DNA of 64,000 nucleotides from a bacterium (lineage in GTDB: Bacteria; Bacillota; SLNR01; JBMNPB01), in assembly GCA_050943375.1 (NCBI GenBank), contig JBMNPB010000007.1, positions 24,163-88,162 on the forward strand, in the 5' to 3' direction. Below are positions 47,948 through 56,901 of the stretch, one piece after another (the stretch's first letter is position 1; every line of letters starts with the position of its first letter). A program made the position numbers and the translations under genes. The notes beneath the pieces were generated by a model that ran no database searches, was not told the DNA's origin, and worked only from the letters and a program-made list of their open reading frames with translations.

Positions 47948-48883
47948 TTAATTCCCGAAATCCACTCCATAACCCGGCAGCAGCAAAAACCGCGCGGGGA
48001 CGATAGGCTCGGCGGCGGCCGGCAAGCCGGCCCGGCTGCCGAAGCCGGAACGGAGCATCTGCCAGATGGAAGCCCTCCCGTATTCGCGGACGGTATATCT
48101 CTCCCCGAGGCCGGCCGCCGCGGCGGCCTCGTCGATGGCGTCATAGAAATTGCCCAGCGTGTCGACGAGGCCGAGGTCAAGCGCCTGCCGGCCGGTGAGA
48201 ATCCGCCCGTCGGCGATTTCCCGCACCCGGGCCGGCTCCATCCCCCGGCCCGCGGCGACGACGTCAACGAACTGCTCGTAGACGTCGTCCACCATCGCCT
48301 GCAGCAGCTCCTTCTCCGCCTCCGTCATCTCCCGGGCCGCGGAGCCCATATCCTTGTGCGGGCCGCTCTTGATCACATGCATCTCGATGCCCGCTTTCCG
48401 GTACAATTCCTCGTAATTGGAATATTGGATGATTACCCCGATGCTGCCGGTGGTCGTCGACGGATTCGCCACGATCTTGTCAGCCAGAGCCGCCACCCAA
48501 TAGCCGCCGGAGGCGGCCGTGTCGCCCATGGAGGCGACGACTGTCTTGCCGGCTTCCCGCAGGCGGCCCACTTCCACCCCGATTTCCTGCGCGGCGGCGG
48601 AACTGCCGCCGGGGCTGTTGATGCGCAGGACAACGGCGCGCACCGCCGGATCCTCCCGCGCCTGCTTCAGCTGCGCAATGACAGTGTCGGAGCCGGCGAC
48701 AGCCCCGCCCAGCAGGCTCGAACCGCCGGGCCCGCCGAGAATCATGCCTTCAATATAGATAACGCCGACGGTGCGGCCAGCGGCGGCGCCGGCCGGGCGC
48801 CGATCCGGACGGGCCAGCAGTCCGGCGGCGGTCAGGATGATAACGGCGGCCAGGACGAGCCCGCCGAGTATTTTTTTATTCAC
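47948..48883 (-). CDS. sppA: signal peptide peptidase SppA (S49 family, 36K type)
   Basis: The 311-aa ORF has an N-terminal TM, VGVIYIEGMI..., and the serine-site region (AVVLRINSPGGSSAAAQEI). Confidence 0.85.
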   Translation of the reverse strand: MNKKILGGLVLAAVIILTAAGLLARPDRRPAGAAAGRTVGVIYIEGMILGGPGGSSLLGGAVAGSDTVIAQLKQAREDPAVRAVVLRINSPGGSSAAAQEIGVEVGRLREAGKTVVASMGDTAASGGYWVAALADKIVANPSTTTGSIGVIIQYSNYEELYRKAGIEMHVIKSGPHKDMGSAAREMTEAEKELLQAMVDDVYEQFVDVVAAGRGMEPARVREIADGRILTGRQALDLGLVDTLGNFYDAIDEAAAAAGLGERYTVREYGRASIWQMLRSGFGSRAGLPAAAEPIVPARFLLLPGYGVDFGN

Positions 48884-49142
48884 TTTCCCTTCCCTCCCGC
48901 ATCATCTTCTGCCGCGCCGGCGCGGCGCGGTCAACTGTATTATATCCGAGGCGAAAGCGGATAGTCAAAACCGGGCGGTAATTTTCCTGAGTCCATCACT
49001 CAAAAAATAAACCCGTATCCATATAGACAGTAAGGACATTTATTTATCCGTGCCCGAAAGTGAATGATCAGACAGAGCGGCAGCAACAATGAAGCGCAGG
49101 GCTACTGACCCCGCGCTCTCCCTTGGCTGACCTCAGCACCGC

Positions 49143-49517
49143 CTACTCCGCCGACCGGAAATAAATGTCCCGGCACTTACCGCAGAAAGCGCACTCCACG
49201 GCGTGGACCTTGTCCTGGGTCAGCCCCCATTCGCGCAACTCTTTCAGAACCGGCGCCAGACTCGCGCCCATCCCGCTCAGGGAATATTCGACCCGGGGCG
49301 GGACTTCCGGGAAGACCCGGCGGCGCACCAGACCGTCCGCCTCCATCTCCCGCAGCTGCTGGGTCAGGACCTTGGTGCTGACGGGCGCGATTTCCCGGGC
49401 GAGCTGGCCGTGACGCAGCGGCCCGCGGGACAGCGCTTTCATAATCAGGATTTTCCATTTGCCGCTGAGCAGCGAGAGAGTCGATTCAATGGGACATTTT
49501 CCTATCGTTTCGCGCAT
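49143..49517 (-). CDS. HxlR-family transcriptional regulator
   Basis: The 124-aa ORF has the HxlR signature (CPIESTLSLLSGKWKILIMKAL...RVEYSLSGMG). It is divergent from the racemase gene. Confidence 0.8.
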   Translation of the reverse strand: MRETIGKCPIESTLSLLSGKWKILIMKALSRGPLRHGQLAREIAPVSTKVLTQQLREMEADGLVRRRVFPEVPPRVEYSLSGMGASLAPVLKELREWGLTQDKVHAVECAFCGKCRDIYFRSAE

Positions 49518-49674
49518 GGCTGTCGCCTCCGTTTCCCCGATAGTTACCTATGGGTCGGCAAGGTTACAAAAAAGTGCCTGCTTGCCAGATTTCCCTTTTC
49601 AGTATATTTTTATCTTAGCCCGGCGTCAATCGGCAAAGCGGCGGGCGGACGAAAATCCTCAGGAGGTGCTTGCC

Positions 49675-50367
49675 ATGAAAAAAGCCGGTCTGGTCGGCGG
49701 AATCGGCCCGGCGTCAACGCTGGAGTATTACCGGGGAATCACCGAAGGTTACCGGGAGAGAGTAGGCGGCGGCAATTATCCCCCTCTCATCATCGACAGT
49801 CTTAATTTGGCCGAGATCTACGACCTCGTCGACAACAAGCAGTGGGACGAATTCGCCGCCCGTTTCGTCCGGTCGATAAAGAGTCTCGCGGCCGGCGGGG
49901 CCGAATTCGCCGCCATGGCGGCCAACACGGCCCATATCGTCTTCGACGCAGTCCGGAGTCAGTCCCCTCTGCCTCTGGTCAGCCTCGTCGAGGAAACGAG
50001 CAAAGCCGCCCGGGCCAAAGGCTGCCGGCGCATCATCGTCTTCGGCACCGGGTTCACCATGCGCAGCGGCATGTACACGGAAGCGCTGGCAGAAGCGGGA
50101 ATCGAAGCCTTCGTGCCCGAGCCGGACGAACAGTCGGCCATCCACAACATCATTTTCCCCCACCTGGAAGAGGGAATCGTCCTGCCGGAAGAGAAGGAAA
50201 CGATGCTGAATATCGCCCGCCGCCTGATCAGCGAAAAGAAGGCGGACGCGCTGCTCCTCGGCTGCACGGAACTGCCGCTGATCATCAAGCCGGAAGATCT
50301 GGCCGTCCCGGTTCTGGATACGACCCAAATCCACATTGACGCCATTTTGGACAACATCCTGGCCTGA
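49675..50367 (+). CDS. Asp/Glu/hydantoin racemase-family protein (aspartate racemase-like)
   Basis: The start was moved to MKKAGLVGGIGPASTLEYY at 49675, which has the RBS GGAGGT. Two catalytic-Cys regions typical of the family are present (GCTELPLI). Confidence 0.8.
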   Translation: MKKAGLVGGIGPASTLEYYRGITEGYRERVGGGNYPPLIIDSLNLAEIYDLVDNKQWDEFAARFVRSIKSLAAGGAEFAAMAANTAHIVFDAVRSQSPLPLVSLVEETSKAARAKGCRRIIVFGTGFTMRSGMYTEALAEAGIEAFVPEPDEQSAIHNIIFPHLEEGIVLPEEKETMLNIARRLISEKKADALLLGCTELPLIIKPEDLAVPVLDTTQIHIDAILDNILA

Positions 50368-50415
50368 ACGCCGAAGCCCGAGCGGCGGCGAAAAACCGGA
50401 CGGGGAGGAAGAAAA

Positions 50416-50856
50416 ATGTATCTTTACACTATTGGCTTTACGCAGAAGAGCGCCGCGGAGTTTTTTTCGCTCTTAACCGAAAATGATGTCGCCGTCCTGG
50501 TGGACGTCCGTCTGAACAATTCCTCCCAGCTGGCCGGGTTTTCCAAAGGCAGGGATCTGGAATATTTCCTGCGGACAATCTGCGGCTGCCGCTATGTCTA
50601 TGCGCCGGAGCTCGCGCCGGCGAAGGAGATATTCGACGCCTATAAAGGCAAAAAAATTTCCTGGCCGGAATTTGCCGACCGCTTCCGGGCGCTCATCCTG
50701 GAAAGAGGCGCCCTGGACGCTTTCCCGGCGGCGCCCGGCGGAGCGGAAAGAGTCTGTCTCCTGTGCAGCGAACCAACGCCGGAGCATTGTCACCGGCGGC
50801 TGCTGGCGGAAATGCTGCGGGAGAAACAGCCGGAGATAATCATCAACCATCTCTAG
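50416..50856 (+). CDS. DUF488-family protein
   Basis: The 146-aa ORF reads MYLYTIGFTQKSAAEFFSLL...VLVDVR...LLCSEPTPEHCHRRLLAE, the DUF488 signature. Confidence 0.7.
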   Translation: MYLYTIGFTQKSAAEFFSLLTENDVAVLVDVRLNNSSQLAGFSKGRDLEYFLRTICGCRYVYAPELAPAKEIFDAYKGKKISWPEFADRFRALILERGALDAFPAAPGGAERVCLLCSEPTPEHCHRRLLAEMLREKQPEIIINHL

Positions 50857-50913
50857 ACGGGGAATAAAAGGCGGACGGCTGCTGGCCGTCCGCCTTTCTT
50901 TTTTCACCCCTAT

Positions 50914-52203
50914 TTACTGCCAGACCGACTCGGTATATTTGTTGCTCGCGTTCCAAAGCAGGAATTCCTCCACCCCCAGTTCCGCCAAGGCCCGGATCTG
51001 GGCCTCGACTTCCGTCTTGCCGTAAGGGATCGCTCCGTCCACCCATTTCACCGCCGTGAAGTCCTGCAGCCAGGGACGGATAATAGCCTTCCGGGGCAGC
51101 GGCTCGTTCCTCTCCAGCGCGTCGGTGATGGCGTTGTGCACGGTCCCGTGGGGATGCGCGTCCGGCACCGCGTAGCCGAAATATCCTCTGCCGTAATGGC
51201 TGGGATAAACCATCGGGCAGATGTAGTCGGTGGCGGCGCTGATTGCCTCCCATTCCTGGCCGATGTCGTCCGTGTCGCCGGGCGATGTGGCGATGACCCC
51301 GAAAACGTCGGCACTGACGAAGACGCCGTAAGGAGCAAGCTCCTCCCTGGCGTAAGCAAGGAATTCGGCGACAGCCTGCGCCTTCGTCCGGTCATTCTGC
51401 TGCGGAAAGGCGGCTTCGGCGTTGACCCGTTTGGCGTTGTCCGGGAAGCGGACATAATCGAACTGAATCTCCCTGAAGCCGTTGAGGGCCGCCTCCTTGG
51501 CAATGGCAATATTGTAATCCCAGACTTTCCGGTCGAAAGGATTGACCCAGGAAATGCCGTCCTTGTCCTTCCAGACGCCGCCGCTCTTCCTCTGAATGGA
51601 AAGATCGGCCCGGTGGCTGGAAAGGTTGGGGTCCTTAAAGGCGACGATGCGGGCGATGGGATAGATTTCTTTCTCTTTCAGTACCGCCAGCAGCGCCCCT
51701 ACATCCTTAATCCGTACGTAACGATTCGCCCCGACCGCCTCGGCCATGGCGATATCGCTCCGGTACGTCATCAGGCCGTTGTCGTCTTTGACGTCAATCA
51801 CGAGAGAATTCAGGCCGGAGTTTTCGACCAGAGCAAGCAGGTGATTGAAGCGGGAAGCAAGTCCGGCGATATTGCCGGTGATGTACAGGCCTTTTGCCTT
51901 AACCGGCGGATTGTCAGGCAGGACGGCGGGCGGCAGGGGTATGTACAGATCGCCCAATTCCGCGCGCCGGCGCTCCTCCGCCTCGGCCCGCAGCCGCTCC
52001 TCTTCGGCGCGGCGCGCTTCCTCCGCCAGGCGGGCTTCTTCGGCCAGGCGCTGCTGCTCCTCGACCCGGCGCTGTTCGGCCGCCAATTTCCGGGCATCGC
52101 TGAAAGCCCGCACCTGAGTGACAGCGACAAACATCAGACAAACGAGCAGGAAGGAAGCGGCAAGGAAACGAAGACGGAAACGGGGCTTTGGCTTGGCCTG
52201 CAC
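50914..52203 (-). CDS. putative glycoside-hydrolase-like TIM-barrel protein (GHL/DUF4015-type) with an N-terminal anchor and an Arg/Glu-rich coiled segment
   Basis: The 429-aa ORF has a TM anchor, then an RRVEEQQRLAEEARLAEEARRAEEERLRAEAEERRRAEL low-complexity region, then a GHL-type domain (WVNPFDRKVWDYNIAIAKEAALNGFREIQFDYVRFP). Confidence 0.6.
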   Translation of the reverse strand: MQAKPKPRFRLRFLAASFLLVCLMFVAVTQVRAFSDARKLAAEQRRVEEQQRLAEEARLAEEARRAEEERLRAEAEERRRAELGDLYIPLPPAVLPDNPPVKAKGLYITGNIAGLASRFNHLLALVENSGLNSLVIDVKDDNGLMTYRSDIAMAEAVGANRYVRIKDVGALLAVLKEKEIYPIARIVAFKDPNLSSHRADLSIQRKSGGVWKDKDGISWVNPFDRKVWDYNIAIAKEAALNGFREIQFDYVRFPDNAKRVNAEAAFPQQNDRTKAQAVAEFLAYAREELAPYGVFVSADVFGVIATSPGDTDDIGQEWEAISAATDYICPMVYPSHYGRGYFGYAVPDAHPHGTVHNAITDALERNEPLPRKAIIRPWLQDFTAVKWVDGAIPYGKTEVEAQIRALAELGVEEFLLWNASNKYTESVWQ

Positions 52204-53149
52204 GGTATCATTCTCCTTTGCGCGATAGTGTCGGATATTAAGTAAACAATTCCGATATTACCGCCAAATCCCTGCCGTTTCGACAAAATATCGGGATGAT
52301 TTTTTTCACCGGAAAGCAAAGGTAAAGCAGGCCGGAAACAGATACCAGGACAGAGCCAGAAATAATTAATGAGGGCTGAGATTCGCGTTTCCGAAATCTT
52401 GCCGCCGGATGAGCCGAAAAAAACGCCCGGAAACAAAAAACAAAAGCCGGGACGGCAGGCAATCCGCAGGGCCGCAAGATGAAGTCATATATTCTCATTC
52501 TTGCCCCTCTCCCACATCGGGAAAGGAGATGCGGAGTTATTTCGCAGTCTTTGCGGCGGAGGTGTGACCGGCAAAGGAACGGACCACCCAGGCACTGCGT
52601 GCCGTCCCTCCGCCGGAGGGGAATGGAAAGCCGGGCAATGATTACGGTCCGCGCTTTGCGCCGCCGCTGCCGCGGAGAAAAAAATTGGCGGGCAATTAAA
52701 ACAATACCGTCAACAATTCCCCTCTTCTGGAGGGTGGCCGGAGAAGCCGGACGGGGTGGCCGCGGGCGGTGTTCCGCGCTGCCCCGCTTTTATCGATGGG
52801 AAGTAGTAAGTCAAAAGCCGCAAGCGGAACGGCGGGACGATAGCGATGGCAAAGACGGCAAACGGGTCCCGTTACAGGCCGGACTGACGGCAGGCTGCCG
52901 GCCGCCGCGTCCCCGGGCGCGCGGGCTTTGCCGCTGCTGCGGGATAATGCGGGAGCCGCCCTTCCGGTCGGCCCCCGATATATACCATAATTCCCGGCTG
53001 GTGGACGGGAAGAAACTGGGAGAGCTTCGGGAAGAAAACGGGAATGATGCGGAGAAGACGGCGGCCGGGAGAAGGCGGCTTGGGTTGAAACGTTGAGGCC
53101 GGAATGTATGAAATGCGTTCCCTCCGTAAGAAGGAGAAGGGGCAGGGCG

Positions 53150-53720
53150 CGAAACCCGAGATCGCCGCGTCGCCGCTCACGGCTCCTCGCGATGACATTT
53201 GCAGGGCAATGCTGGCCATAAGGTACAAAAGTCAAGAGTACCGTTTCGCCGCCCGCGGCTCCTCATGATGACAAGGGCTTGGCTATGCAGGCGCTAACCC
53301 TCGCTCCTGCCCGCCGTCTGCGTATGGATTGGCTTTCGGGAGCGGCGTCTCGGCCAATTCAAATCCCTCCGTCAGCTTCGCTGCCACCTCCCTTTAACAA
53401 GGGAGGCTTCTGGGGACTCTGGCTCTCAGGCATTACCTACTTCCGTTTACGTTGTCCCCCTTGTCAAAGGGGGATGTCGTCAATAGGCGACAGGGGGATT
53501 TGCTTCAACGCAAGGCTATCATCGTATCAGTATGGCACTGCCGGATGCCAAATCCCTCCGTCAGCTTCGCTGTCACCTCTATTTGACAAGGAGACTACCA
53601 AAGCCTGCGGTGGCTGTGGCAGATATGGTATTGAGAGCCGTCGCTTTTTCGGGAGAAGCAGTATCCTTGGACGTTGTCCCCCTTTGACAAGGGAGGCAGG
53701 CAAAATCCGCAAAGAGAAAC
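53150..53720. repeat. repeat island with family A (53158-53198 plus a half copy at 53245-53275) and family B (53385-53410, 53452-53500, 53585-53600, 53672-53700) elements
   Basis: gagatcgccgcgtcgcc..ggctcctcgcgatgaca; ttgtcccccttgtcaaagggggatgtcgtcaataggcgacagggggatttg. The 53395-53505 stretch is homologous to 37080-37205. Confidence 0.75.
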
Positions 53721-53760
53721 GCCCGCGCCGGTTCGCTTGGCGCGGGCGTAAAAGATCACC

Positions 53761-54396
53761 TTATTTGTAGTCCAGGACGATAACCCGGGTTTCGCCGCTC
53801 AGATCCGACGGCGTGATTTCCACTGCCGTGGCGTCCGGGGTCTCGACATTGGCGTATTTTTGGAGGAAAGGCTCCGCCGTCTCAATCGGGAAATCGATGG
53901 CCGGCGTCTTGTAGTGCATGGGGATGATGATGCCGGGGGCGAGAAGCTCCGCGACTTTCTGCGCCGCGGCGGCGTCGATGGTGTAGAACCCGCCGACCGG
54001 AAGCAGCAGGATGTCAACTTTACCGATGGCCTTAATCTGTCCGGCGTCCGGGATGTGCCCAAGGTCGCCTAAATGGCAGAGGCGCATTCCGTCGCCTTCG
54101 ATACAGAAAACGAGATTCGGACCTCTGTCTTTGCCTCCGTTCGAGTCATGGAAAGTGCTCACTCCGGTGAACTTAAGGCTTCCCGCCTTTGTTTCGCCGG
54201 GTTTGTCAACCACTTGCGGGCTGCCGGTGACCTCGCCGACGGCGTTATGGTCGTGATGCCCGTGGCTGACGGTGACGATGTCGGCCCTGACGGCGGGAGG
54301 CGGGTAGCCGATAGGACCGAACGGGTCCGTCACTACCCGGGTCCCGTCCGCATACTCCAATAAAAAGCACGCATGACCGAGCCACTTAATCCGCAT
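53761..54396 (-). CDS. MBL-fold metallo-hydrolase
   Basis: The 211-aa ORF reads MRIKWLGHACFLLE...VTVSHGHHDHNA, the HxHxDH motif. Confidence 0.8.
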   Translation of the reverse strand: MRIKWLGHACFLLEYADGTRVVTDPFGPIGYPPPAVRADIVTVSHGHHDHNAVGEVTGSPQVVDKPGETKAGSLKFTGVSTFHDSNGGKDRGPNLVFCIEGDGMRLCHLGDLGHIPDAGQIKAIGKVDILLLPVGGFYTIDAAAAQKVAELLAPGIIIPMHYKTPAIDFPIETAEPFLQKYANVETPDATAVEITPSDLSGETRVIVLDYK

Positions 54397-54420
54397 TGCT
54401 TTCCCTCCTTTGTGATGGTC

Positions 54421-54831
54421 CTACTCGTCGTAATCCTCTTCCTCATTCCCCGCAAAATCAAAGTCGTTGATAATGAAGCCCTGTTCCAATTCGTCCCCGT
54501 CTTCGTCGTCCCGTTCATCCGGGTCTTCCCGCTGCCGCTTGTGCAGCGGCGCCAGCAGCGGCACGCGCTGAGGTTTTTGCTTCGGCGACCATTCCCGCAA
54601 ACCCCAGAGACCGCCGCCGTAATGGAAGAAGCGGTTGTCGAGATTGATATCAGTCAGAATGGAAGCGATCAGCCGCTGCCGGCCTTCTTCCGGTCCGGCG
54701 TCTCCCGCCTGAAAGATCTGCTCCGCCAACTGCTTGTAATGCAGCGGTTCCCGGCGCTCCTTCAGAATGGCATAAGCGATGTCCGCTCTCTGGAGCCGCG
54801 GACGTACGGGCGGTTTTTCAGTTCGATTCAT
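54421..54831 (-). CDS. rpoE: DNA-directed RNA polymerase delta subunit (RpoE)
   Basis: The start was moved to MNRTEKPP at 54831, which has the RBS GGAGG. The N-terminus is HARE-HTH-like (IAYAILKERREPLHYKQLAEQIF) and the C-terminus is a strongly acidic tail (DERDDEDGDELEQGFIINDFDFAGNEEEDYDE). This Firmicute-specific subunit is consistent with the Firmicute assignment. Confidence 0.8.
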   Translation of the reverse strand: MNRTEKPPVRPRLQRADIAYAILKERREPLHYKQLAEQIFQAGDAGPEEGRQRLIASILTDINLDNRFFHYGGGLWGLREWSPKQKPQRVPLLAPLHKRQREDPDERDDEDGDELEQGFIINDFDFAGNEEEDYDE

Positions 54832-55834
54832 CACCACTCCTCCTGTCGTCGTTACAATGGAAGACCTTCCAGAGTTCATCGCGCTCCGGCGGCGCGAAGG
54901 CCTCGCTTTTCCCGCCCCGGACCAACGTCGTCCCCGCCGGGGTCACCCGGCCGATTACGGCGGCGGGAATGCCGGCCGCCTGCAGGGCGGCCAGAACGCG
55001 GTCGCCTTCCGGCGCCGCGATCAGCATCGCCCCGCTTGAGACGAGGGCATAGGGATCCAAATTGAAATAGGCGCAGATGGCCGTTGTTTCCGGCGCAACC
55101 GGTATTGCCTCCGCCCACAGCTCCACTCCCGCCCCGGCCGCGGCCGCCATCTCGGCCGCGGCGCCGAGAATGCCGCCTTCGGTGACATCGTGCATGGCAG
55201 TGGCGCCGCTTCGGGCGGCAATTCTGCCTTCCGGCAGCACGCTCACATGTTCCAGAAAACTGCGGGCCCGGGCCACCATGTCCTTTCCCAGATGTTCTTC
55301 CAGTTCGGCAGCGAACTCGGCGGCCAGGACAGCCGTCCCCTCGTACCCGGCGCCTTTGGTCAGCAACAGCGCATCGCCCGGCCTCGCCCCGCCGGTGATG
55401 ATGAATTCGTCCTTGGCCGCCCGGCCGACGGCGGTGGTGATAACGATGACCCGGTCGATGCCGGCCGTAATCTCGCTGTGTCCGCCCAGCACTTCGATAC
55501 CCATTTTCGCTGCTTCGGCGTTGATTTGCCCCATAATCCGGCCCAGATCGTCCGGCGTCGTGCTCTCGGGCGCCAGAATGGCGACGAGCAGTCCCACCGG
55601 TTCGGCGCCGCAGGCCGCGATATCGTTGCAGGAAATGTTGACGGCGAGACGACCGATATCCTGGATGGCGCCCGTTATCGGGTCGGTCGTCAGGACGCAG
55701 ACATACTCGCCGAAATCAATAACCGAACAGTCCTCCCCCAGAGCCGAATGAACGAGCACATCGTCCCGGCGGATGCCTAGATTGTTGAACACATATTGCC
55801 GCAATACTTCCGGCGGCACTTTTCCGACCTTCAT
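54818..55834 (-). CDS. AIR-synthase-related protein (PurM/HypE/ThiL superfamily)
   Basis: The 338-aa ORF has the PurM-like N domain (ALGEDCSVIDFG...LLVAILAP) and C domain. It lacks the SelD N-terminal Cys/Sec-Gly-Cys-Lys motif and the HypE C-terminal PRIC motif. It overlaps rpoE by 14 nt. Confidence 0.65.
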   Translation of the reverse strand: MKVGKVPPEVLRQYVFNNLGIRRDDVLVHSALGEDCSVIDFGEYVCVLTTDPITGAIQDIGRLAVNISCNDIAACGAEPVGLLVAILAPESTTPDDLGRIMGQINAEAAKMGIEVLGGHSEITAGIDRVIVITTAVGRAAKDEFIITGGARPGDALLLTKGAGYEGTAVLAAEFAAELEEHLGKDMVARARSFLEHVSVLPEGRIAARSGATAMHDVTEGGILGAAAEMAAAAGAGVELWAEAIPVAPETTAICAYFNLDPYALVSSGAMLIAAPEGDRVLAALQAAGIPAAVIGRVTPAGTTLVRGGKSEAFAPPERDELWKVFHCNDDRRSGDESN

Positions 55835-55940
55835 TTTTCCGGCCCCTTTCCGGCCAAACCAATTCTTCCTTGCCTAAGAGGAAAATATACGCCTCAGACG
55901 GACGAAATCCTCCCGGATTCGCCAAGCTTTTTCGGCGGCA

Positions 55941-56813
55941 TCACGCAAAGGACAGAAGGGCTTCCCGGACCAGCTTGGCACCCAGCATCGCTGTAATCCC
56001 GGCGTGGTCGAGATCCGGCGCGATCTCGACCAGATCGAACCCGACGACGGAAAGGCCGCTCCGCCCGATCATTTGCACCGCTGCAATGATTTCCCGGGCC
56101 GTGCAGCCCCCCGGCTCCGGCGTACCGGTACCGGGGGCATAAGCCGGGTCGACGACGTCAATGTCCAGTGAGACATAAACCGGACGCCCGGCGAGGGCAG
56201 GCAGAACGCGGCGCAGCGGTTCAATCACGTCGTACAGAAAGAGGTTGGAATGCTCCCGGCCGAAGGCGATCTCCGCCCGGTCCCCGGAGCGGATGCCGAA
56301 ATGGAAAATATGCTTCGGACGAACCGTCTCATAAGCACGGCGGAAAACAGCGGCGTGGGAATTCTTCTCACCGCAGAATTCTTCCCGCAGGTCGGCGTGA
56401 GCGTCAAAATGCAGAACTGCCACCTCCGGATATCGGGCGGCCACGGCCTGGATGGCCGGCAGGCTGACGAGATGCTCGCCGCCCAGCAGGAAAGGAATTT
56501 TTCCGTCCCGCACAATTTCGGCGACGGCCGCTTCGGTCAGGGCAAGACTCTTTTCCGCATTGCCCGGCGCTATCCAGACATTGCCGGCATCCGCGTACCG
56601 GCACTCGCTCAGGCTCCGGTCCATTTCGATACTGTATTCCTCGAGCCCGTAAGAGGCATTCCGGACGGCGAGCGGCCCGAAACGGGCCCCCGGCTTGAAA
56701 CTGACCGTGTAATCCATCGGCACGCCGAGAAGGACGACGCCGGCCGCGGCGTAATCATCGGTGCTGCCGAGATAGCCGGCGTATTTGTGCAAATTCTCTT
56801 CGTATTTATTCAT
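55941..56813 (-). CDS. speB: agmatinase (ureohydrolase/arginase family)
   Basis: The start was moved to MNKYEENLHKY at 56813. Mn-binding motifs are present (LHFDAHADL, SLDIDVVDPAYAPGTGTPEPGG). It lies downstream of speE, as in the Bacillus speEB operon. Confidence 0.85.
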   Translation of the reverse strand: MNKYEENLHKYAGYLGSTDDYAAAGVVLLGVPMDYTVSFKPGARFGPLAVRNASYGLEEYSIEMDRSLSECRYADAGNVWIAPGNAEKSLALTEAAVAEIVRDGKIPFLLGGEHLVSLPAIQAVAARYPEVAVLHFDAHADLREEFCGEKNSHAAVFRRAYETVRPKHIFHFGIRSGDRAEIAFGREHSNLFLYDVIEPLRRVLPALAGRPVYVSLDIDVVDPAYAPGTGTPEPGGCTAREIIAAVQMIGRSGLSVVGFDLVEIAPDLDHAGITAMLGAKLVREALLSFA

Positions 56814-56901
56814 ACCTGCCACCCCTTGCCGCCGCCCGGCAGAAAGCTTGCCGCTGCCATGAGAAGATTTCCCGTCCGGCGTCCGTCTTAAACCCCCGGC
56901 G

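Noticed and set aside
52479-53096. 205-aa ORF in the 52.2-53.8 kb island
   Set aside because: It is Arg/Gly-rich low-complexity sequence with no RBS or domain. It lies in a repeat-containing non-coding island.
54818-55834. Could the PurM-like protein be selenophosphate synthetase SelD, supporting the selenoprotein?
   Set aside because: It has no N-terminal glycine-rich Cys/Sec-Gly-Cys-Lys motif. Its overall similarity is closer to HypE, ThiL or AIR-synthase-related proteins. It cannot be called SelD from sequence alone.
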